In this document: positions 26,201 to 32,603 of the stretch, one piece after another
Position numbering within the stretch: the first letter of the stretch is position 1
Layout: each line of letters starts with the position of its first letter
Source: a virus
Taxonomy: Duplodnaviria; Caudoviricetes
Virus record (IMG/VR): IMGVR_UViG_3300025718_000022
Location: 1 to 32,603 of that record
DNA length: 32,603 nt
Reading direction: 5' to 3' (one strand)
Notes under the pieces: model-generated
The model's database searches: none
What the model saw: only the letters and a program-made list of their open reading frames with translations
Told to the model about the DNA's origin: nothing
Program-made: the position numbers and the translations under genes

Positions 26201-29200
26201 ATGGCAGAGGATATTGGTGCATTAGGAGTCAGTATTGGAATGGATGCTAGCGGGTTTACAACAGGAATGACACAGATAAATAGGAACCTAAAAACTTTAA
26301 ATTCTGAATTTAAAATGAATACTGCTGCAATTGGATTAAATGGAACAGCATTAGATCGCTTAAAGCTAAAATCTAGCAATCTTTCAAGTGCTATGGTACA
26401 ACAACAGAATAAAGTTAATGCTTTAGAAGCAGCTTATGACAGAAGTGTTACCGCAACTGGTAGAGATTCTGCAGCTACACAAAATTTAGAACAAAGATTA
26501 AATTTAGCAAGAGCAAGTTTATCTAATATGGGAAATACACTCACTACTACTAATGTACAAATAGCGATACAAAGTAGTAGGTGGACAGTAGCTGGCAATG
26601 CAATGGTTAGCGCTGGAACGTCAATTAATAATGTAGGAACTAAAATTAAGACTGTTGGTAGCAATATTACTAAAGTAGGTGCTACAATTACAACTGCATT
26701 TGGGCTTGTAGGTGCAGGAAGTTTGAAGGCTTACGAAGAAGTCAAGACTGGAACAAATGAAATTGCAAGATTAACTGGTGCGACTGGTAAACAATTCGAG
26801 GACTTAAAAGGTATTTATGAAGATGTTGCTAGAGAAAGTGCAAATAGTTTTGAAGATATAGGAATAGCAGTTGGAAGTGTAAGTGTAAGATTAAATCTAA
26901 CTGGGAATGAATTAAAACAAGCAAGTTTAGATTTTATGAAGTTTGCAAAAGTTAATAAAGTGGACGTAACTACAAGTGTTGCTTTAGTTAGTAGAGCTAT
27001 GGGAGATGCTGGGATTAAAACAACAGAATATAAAGAAGTTTTAGATCTATTAACTATGGCAAGTCAAAAAAGTGGTATAAAAGTAGATGTGTTGAGTGAA
27101 AGTTTAGCCAAGTACGGAGCACCAATGAGAGCATTAGGGTTTGATACGAAGGAATCCATAGCATTATTTAGTGGTTGGGAAAAAGCCGGAGTAAACACAG
27201 AGTTAGCATTTGGTGGTATGAAAAAAGCTATTGGAAATTGGGGTAAGGCAGGGAAAGACAGTGGTGTAGAATTTAAAAAAGTGCTCAAAGATATACAAAA
27301 CACTCCAACATTAGCTGCAGCTACAACTAAAGCAATAGAAATATTCGGGATAAAAGCAGGACCAGATTTAGCAGATGCAATAAAAGGCGGAAGATTTGCA
27401 TATGAAGATTTTTTAAAAATATTAGAAAATAGTAAAGGGACCGTAGATAGTACAGCTAAAAATATGACTAGTTATACGGCTGAAATGAAAAAAGCATGGC
27501 ACTCAGTAACTTTAGCAAGTGCAGAACTGGGTGAAAGTGTTGCTAAGGAATTAGCCCCTATTATGAAAGATGTAGCGTCAACTATCAAGGACTTAACTAA
27601 ACGATGGGATAGTCTAGATGATAGTACAAAAGCATCTATTGCTAAGTTTGGATTAATTACTATAGCCATTGGTGGTGTAGCAACTGTTTTGGGCGGGGTT
27701 GTAATTGGAATAGGTGGATTTGTAAGCGGTATAGGTGGAATTGTCTCAATGGCAGGCGGCGCAATTGCTGCTATAGGTGGAATAGGCACAGCAACAACAG
27801 GAATTGGAGCAGCAGGAGTTGCAGGAGCAACAGGACTTGGAGCTGCAGGACTAGCAGGAGGATTAGGCGCCGCAGTAATAGCAGCCGCTCCATTTGTTGT
27901 AGCAGGTGCAGCAATTGTAGGTACAGGTTATTTAATTAAAAAGAGTATGGATGAAGAAGTTATTCCAAAAGTAAATTTATTCGCAGATAGTGTTGTAACA
28001 ACAAGCAAACAAATAAAAGATGCTAATGGCCAAATAGTTATAAGCTATGATACTACTGTAACCAAAATAGGCGAAGGTACTAAAAAAGCGGTTGAAAGTT
28101 ATTTAGCATTAGATAAAGGGTCAACAGATGCTTTAAATAAATTATATTTAAATAGCACAACAATTACAGGGCAAATAGTTACAGATGTTAGTGGAAAATA
28201 TAATGCAATGAACGAGACTGTAAAAATTGCTATTGATAAAAGGTTTGCAGATGAATATAAAACTATGACTGAATTCTACGGTAAAAGCGAAGTATTAACA
28301 AAAATTGAAGAAGAAAAAGCATTACTTAAAATGAAGTCTGATAATGTGGCAGAGAAAGCAGAAGAAGATAAAGCAACCAAAGAAATACTCGCTATTTATC
28401 AAAAATCAAAAGATGAAAATAGAGCATTAACATTAGCTGAGGAAGAAGCTATTAAAGTAATCCAGAATAGAAAGAAAACAACTGCAATTACGGTATTATC
28501 TGCAAGTGAAGCTGAATCTAAAGTTATCTTGGATAGAATGAAAGCCTATGGAACAAGAGTAACCGCAGAGCAAGCGGGAAAAGAAATAGAAAATGCTAAT
28601 AAAAGCAGAGACGGTACAATTAAAGCAGCAAATGAACAGTATGATAAAACTGTAAAAGCAATAAAAGCTACTTATGATGAATCGACACCTCAGGGTAAAA
28701 AAATGGCGGATAGTCTTATAAAAGATGCAGAAAGACAAAAATTAATGACAATTGAGCAAGCACAAATAATGCGAAGTGGTGTTGTTGGAAAGATTATGTC
28801 TATGAATTCTGAAAATGAGGGGAAAATAGACGAATCTACAGGCAAAATAATAAAAACATTAGATAAAATTAAGGCATGGTTTAAAGACCCAACTGGGACT
28901 AATAAAACGTATACTATAACAACTAAATATGTGAGTTTAGGAGATAAAACCGCAGCGGTCGCAAAGGACAAAAATCTTAATCCTTATCTTCTTTACACGC
29001 CAATAAAGACTAAATGGACAGGTGATAAAAACTTTGACGGTGGATTAACAACCCTTCACGAAAGAGGATATGAGGTTTATAATTTAAATAAAGGATCACA
29101 AATTTTAAACCATGAAGCAAGTTTGGATTTAATGACAAAGACAGCGCAAGAGGTGGCTAAGGGTGTTTTAGCAAATTCACAAGGCAATAAAAATGGAAAT

Positions 29201-29311
29201 GAACTAAGCTTAAATATAGAAAACTTTGTTAATGCAAGGCAACAAGATGTTGCAGCATTAGCAGTAGAATTACAATATTATTTAAAACAACAGAATCTAG
29301 GGAGGGGATAA
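26201..29311 (+). CDS. Tail tape measure protein
   Basis: 1036 aa, Ala/Gly/Lys-rich helical, central Gly-Ala hydrophobic segments; canonical position. Confidence 0.95.
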   Translation: MAEDIGALGVSIGMDASGFTTGMTQINRNLKTLNSEFKMNTAAIGLNGTALDRLKLKSSNLSSAMVQQQNKVNALEAAYDRSVTATGRDSAATQNLEQRLNLARASLSNMGNTLTTTNVQIAIQSSRWTVAGNAMVSAGTSINNVGTKIKTVGSNITKVGATITTAFGLVGAGSLKAYEEVKTGTNEIARLTGATGKQFEDLKGIYEDVARESANSFEDIGIAVGSVSVRLNLTGNELKQASLDFMKFAKVNKVDVTTSVALVSRAMGDAGIKTTEYKEVLDLLTMASQKSGIKVDVLSESLAKYGAPMRALGFDTKESIALFSGWEKAGVNTELAFGGMKKAIGNWGKAGKDSGVEFKKVLKDIQNTPTLAAATTKAIEIFGIKAGPDLADAIKGGRFAYEDFLKILENSKGTVDSTAKNMTSYTAEMKKAWHSVTLASAELGESVAKELAPIMKDVASTIKDLTKRWDSLDDSTKASIAKFGLITIAIGGVATVLGGVVIGIGGFVSGIGGIVSMAGGAIAAIGGIGTATTGIGAAGVAGATGLGAAGLAGGLGAAVIAAAPFVVAGAAIVGTGYLIKKSMDEEVIPKVNLFADSVVTTSKQIKDANGQIVISYDTTVTKIGEGTKKAVESYLALDKGSTDALNKLYLNSTTITGQIVTDVSGKYNAMNETVKIAIDKRFADEYKTMTEFYGKSEVLTKIEEEKALLKMKSDNVAEKAEEDKATKEILAIYQKSKDENRALTLAEEEAIKVIQNRKKTTAITVLSASEAESKVILDRMKAYGTRVTAEQAGKEIENANKSRDGTIKAANEQYDKTVKAIKATYDESTPQGKKMADSLIKDAERQKLMTIEQAQIMRSGVVGKIMSMNSENEGKIDESTGKIIKTLDKIKAWFKDPTGTNKTYTITTKYVSLGDKTAAVAKDKNLNPYLLYTPIKTKWTGDKNFDGGLTTLHERGYEVYNLNKGSQILNHEASLDLMTKTAQEVAKGVLANSQGNKNGNELSLNIENFVNARQQDVAALAVELQYYLKQQNLGRG

Positions 29312-29314
29312 CTT

Positions 29315-29998
29315 ATGGTTATGCCTTATTTTCATTTTAAAAAAATTTTAAGTACAGATTATCTAACAATCGAAACGCTACCCTCTATAGTTCGAGCATC
29401 TAAAGATATAAAAAAAATAGAAATAGAGGGCAGAGACGGTTTTATAACCGAAGATTTAGGAAGCTACAAAAGCACTATTAAAAGTGTGGAGTGTTGGATA
29501 AGGAATTTAGAAGATTTAGATTTTATATGCAGTTGGCTTACCGGATCAGGCGATATAATATTTTCAAACGAACCTGATAAAGCATATGAGGTTACAATAA
29601 TAAATCAAATTGAATTTAAAAAATTCATAAAAGAATTTCATAAATTTATAATTGTTTTTGAGTGTCAACCGAAGAAAAAAAATATTGATAACCCTATAAT
29701 CACTTTAACGAGCGTAGGAACGATTTTTAATAGTGGTAGTGCAATTAGCCGACCGATTATAAAATTATTCGGTACAGGCTCTATTACGCTTATCATTAAT
29801 GATATAAACATATATTTAAATAATATTAGCGGATATGTTACTTTAGATAGTAATTTACAAGATGCTTTCAAGGATTTAGTATATAAAAATAGTGATATGA
29901 ATGGAGAATTCCCGATTTTAGAAGTTGGAACTAACACTATTAGTTGGGTTGGCACAGTAACAAAGGTAGAAATTACCCCTAATTTGAGGTGGTTGTAA
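29315..29998 (+). CDS. Distal tail protein (Dit)
   Basis: IEGRDG, WLTGSG.IIFSNEPD, FECQP, GEFPILEVGTNTISW. Confidence 0.9.
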   Translation: MVMPYFHFKKILSTDYLTIETLPSIVRASKDIKKIEIEGRDGFITEDLGSYKSTIKSVECWIRNLEDLDFICSWLTGSGDIIFSNEPDKAYEVTIINQIEFKKFIKEFHKFIIVFECQPKKKNIDNPIITLTSVGTIFNSGSAISRPIIKLFGTGSITLIINDINIYLNNISGYVTLDSNLQDAFKDLVYKNSDMNGEFPILEVGTNTISWVGTVTKVEITPNLRWL

Positions 29999-31720
29999 GT
30001 GATTAATATTTACGATGCTAATACTACCGATTTTGGGAATAATGGCCTAGCTGTACTAAACGAAGCTAAATTATGTGTTAGTACATATGAGATGAATAAA
30101 ACTCGTAGCCTGGAACTAGAATATCCTATAGATAAACGTGGTAAATATTTAAATATTGTAGGTTTAAATATTATAAGAGCTGGTGGCCAATTATATCGGA
30201 TACCATTACAAAATAACATACAAAGCGATGGTTGCACAGTAACGGTTACCGCTAATCACATTTTTTACGACTTGAATAATGACTTTAATGAAGATACAAG
30301 GGCAGAAAATAAGAGCGTTACAGATGCTTTAAAAATAGCAATAGCAATTAATCCTAAGTTTGGCGTGGGAACGTGTGATAATTTAGGATTAAATACTGCT
30401 TATTTTGTATCAGAAAGCCCTACAGCTGGCATTTACAATAAAATTTTACCACTATGGAAAGGTGAGTTAGACTGTAATAATTTTATTATATCTGTTAAAA
30501 GCAGATTAGGTAAGGATACAGGACGATTAATAAGTTATGGTAAAGATATAGACGGGTTTACACAACACTTGGATTGGAGCAACGTAGCTACTAGAATTAA
30601 GGTTACAGGTAAAGATGGTGCTAAGATTGATTTAGTAAATGGTGGTAGTAGCTATTTAGTAAGTCCTCTCGTAAATAATTACCCCTTTATCATCACAAAA
30701 GAAATTAAATTCGACCAGATTGAAGATGCTACAGAACTTAAAAATGCTGGGTTAGCATTATGGGGGACAATAGATAAGCCAACTGTTAATTATACAATTA
30801 ATTTTATAGATTTATCTAAGACTATAGAATATGCTAAATTTAAGGATTTACTGTTTTGGGAAATGGGCGACAGTGTAATAATCCGGCATAAGATATTCAA
30901 AGTAGATCTAACGGCTAGAGTAATAAAAATTAAAAAGAATGAAATAACTGGTGTTATTGAAGAAATAGAGTTAGGACAATTTAAAGATAATATAAGTGAT
31001 AGATTTAATCAAATGGATAGTAATATAGCTTATAACCAGGCTGCAATAGTAGAAACAAAAGCAGATTTAGCAACAACTAAAACTACAGTATTCCAAAATG
31101 AAGAAGAAATAAGACTTTCAGCAATTGCAGTAGATGATCTAACTGGAAGGGTAGATGATGCAGAGTTACTAATTACCGCGAAAGCTATTACATCAACAGT
31201 TAGAACTTCACAGGAATATATCGATGATCTAGGGGAAAAGATTACAGAAGAACAAAGTTCTACAATTGCCCAGACTGCGGCTAATGTAAAAATAGGGTTT
31301 AACAAAATATCTAATATTGTAAATGTTGATGAACTAGGTATTACTGTATCTCATGCCGGTGAAGATTATACGCATATGGGCGCAGACGGATTTAAAAAGC
31401 ATGTAGGTAGTACAAACATGGATTATAATTATCTTCTTTTCAAAGGGTTTGTATCAAACGTGGAAAGCTTATCTACAGTAAGAATCCAATTGCCTTCGGA
31501 ATTTATAGGCAAAAATTATTTGCTTAGTTGGTGGACTGGTAATATATTTCCAGCTAATCCTACAGATTTATTATTTTCAGCAAATGCAGAAATGACTGCG
31601 GAAAATAGGGCGGAAGGATGGTTTGAGGTAAAGGCAAATATGTTAGTTAGAAACCCTGAAACGGAGGGAGCACCAGACTGGCGAGGCAGCATGAATATAT
31701 TGTATAGAGTTACTGCCTAG
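29999..31720 (+). CDS. Tail-associated (Tal/endopeptidase-like) protein
   Basis: NNGLAVL...LELEYP, HIFYDL, GDSVII, IELG; follows Dit. Confidence 0.88.
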   Translation: MINIYDANTTDFGNNGLAVLNEAKLCVSTYEMNKTRSLELEYPIDKRGKYLNIVGLNIIRAGGQLYRIPLQNNIQSDGCTVTVTANHIFYDLNNDFNEDTRAENKSVTDALKIAIAINPKFGVGTCDNLGLNTAYFVSESPTAGIYNKILPLWKGELDCNNFIISVKSRLGKDTGRLISYGKDIDGFTQHLDWSNVATRIKVTGKDGAKIDLVNGGSSYLVSPLVNNYPFIITKEIKFDQIEDATELKNAGLALWGTIDKPTVNYTINFIDLSKTIEYAKFKDLLFWEMGDSVIIRHKIFKVDLTARVIKIKKNEITGVIEEIELGQFKDNISDRFNQMDSNIAYNQAAIVETKADLATTKTTVFQNEEEIRLSAIAVDDLTGRVDDAELLITAKAITSTVRTSQEYIDDLGEKITEEQSSTIAQTAANVKIGFNKISNIVNVDELGITVSHAGEDYTHMGADGFKKHVGSTNMDYNYLLFKGFVSNVESLSTVRIQLPSEFIGKNYLLSWWTGNIFPANPTDLLFSANAEMTAENRAEGWFEVKANMLVRNPETEGAPDWRGSMNILYRVTA

Positions 31721-31730
31721 GGAGGTAAAA

Positions 31731-31991
31731 ATGGCCACAATAGCAGAACATGAAGCGAGTATGACAATATACTATAGTAAAAGTACAGGAGAAATAAAAG
31801 GGCTTTGTACAGGAATACAGGATATGTCCTTTTATGGAGTTGATGCAATAGACTTTAGTACAATTTGGGCATATGTTAATTTAACAAAAGATAATTATGT
31901 CCTCGAAAATCCTAGCAAATTTATTATGAATTTAGCAAGTGGAGCACCTATTTTATCTTTAAAAGAAATTAACCAGTATCCAGTAATATAA
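31731..31991 (+). CDS. Hypothetical tail-region protein
   Basis: RBS GGAGGT; 86 aa. Confidence 0.7.
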   Translation: MATIAEHEASMTIYYSKSTGEIKGLCTGIQDMSFYGVDAIDFSTIWAYVNLTKDNYVLENPSKFIMNLASGAPILSLKEINQYPVI

Positions 31992-32004
31992 AGGAGTGAC
32001 GCAA

Positions 32005-32603
32005 ATGATAAATACAATAGACCATACTATAAATATAGATTTGGCTAATAAGATAAATATGAATAACTCAATCAATATTAAACAAAATGATACTAATAGT
32101 CATAAATTTATAATCAATTTGTTTAACAACTCGGCTAGTCATGTTTTAACTAGTACAACATCAAGAATATATTTCAAAAAAGCTGATGGAACAAATGTAT
32201 TTTTAGATTGTGTATTAGATGTCTCAATTACTAATAAGTTAAGCGTGTTGCTAACTACGCAAACATTAACTAGCGTTGGATCAGTGGCGTGTGAAATAAC
32301 TACTTATGGCACCAGTGGAGAAATTCAAACAAGCTTTACTTTTAATTTTAATGTGCTTGAAAATATCAGGGATGATGATGCAATCGAAAGTAGAAGTGAA
32401 TTTACTGCATTAACAAATGCGTTAGCAGTTGTAACAACTATTTCGAATAAACTTGATAAGACAGATTTTAATATTTTTAAGGGAAGTACAGAGTCGGCAT
32501 TGGCAAATATGTCGACGGAAAAAGCGGATACAACTTATGTTGACAATGGACTGGCTAGTGTGGCGAGTGGTAGTCCTAAAACCACCTATACTACATTAGC
32601 ATT
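32005..32603 (+). CDS. BppU/DUF2479-like upper baseplate protein (truncated by window end)
   Basis: RBS AAGGAGTG; IKQNDTNSHKF...FKKADGT...LTTQTL...AIESRSEFTALTNAL; open to the end of the window. Confidence 0.8.
   Translation, partial: MINTIDHTINIDLANKINMNNSINIKQNDTNSHKFIINLFNNSASHVLTSTTSRIYFKKADGTNVFLDCVLDVSITNKLSVLLTTQTLTSVGSVACEITTYGTSGEIQTSFTFNFNVLENIRDDDAIESRSEFTALTNALAVVTTISNKLDKTDFNIFKGSTESALANMSTEKADTTYVDNGLASVASGSPKTTYTTLA

Larger units (their letters stand above)
123..32603. mobile_element. Temperate siphovirus prophage integrated in sigK (skin-like element), extends beyond right edge
   Basis: Starts at the sigK break. Ordered modules: integrase, immunity, replication, accessory genes, late regulation, packaging, HK97-like head, long non-contractile tail. 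Confidence 0.95.

Noticed and set aside
27650-27930. GC-richer Gly/Ala repeat-like stretch
   Set aside because: Ordinary hydrophobic segment of the tape measure protein, not a separate repeat element.
1342-31305. Many antisense ORFs in the track (e.g. 1342-1647, 1698-1949, 14369-14743, 21416-21727, 26068-26379, 27472-27789, 31030-31305)
   Set aside because: Shadow frames opposite well-supported genes, without RBSs.
29999-32603. Diversity-generating retroelement or tail-fibre shufflon
   Set aside because: No reverse transcriptase, template/variable repeat pair or inverted tail cassettes visible within the window.

Overview
AT-rich Clostridium-type DNA. The first 131 bp are the internal part of a sigK gene ([42 protein letters not shown]), cut by a stop exactly at the EGNE|I position. 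Everything after that is the left ~32.5 kb of a large, apparently near-intact temperate siphovirus prophage, i.e. a sigK-intervening (skin-like) element. It carries a convergent large serine recombinase coupled to a repressor, a cro-like switch with four operators, a replication initiator with iterons, and PcfK/PcfJ-like and DUF3102-like genes. Next come a mosaic array of tiny genes separated by recurring short junction motifs, two tyrosine recombinases with flanking inverted repeats, and an ArpU/RinA-like late activator with 11-bp repeats. The late region has HNH, TerS/TerL, an HK97-type head and tail genes up to a truncated BppU-like gene. Notable oddities are a +1 (not -1) tail-chaperone frameshift, a head-closure gene starting at ATA, and a small membrane-peptide moron. 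The lysis genes, attR and the 3' half of sigK lie outside the window. All family assignments are from motif recognition by eye, not from database searches.
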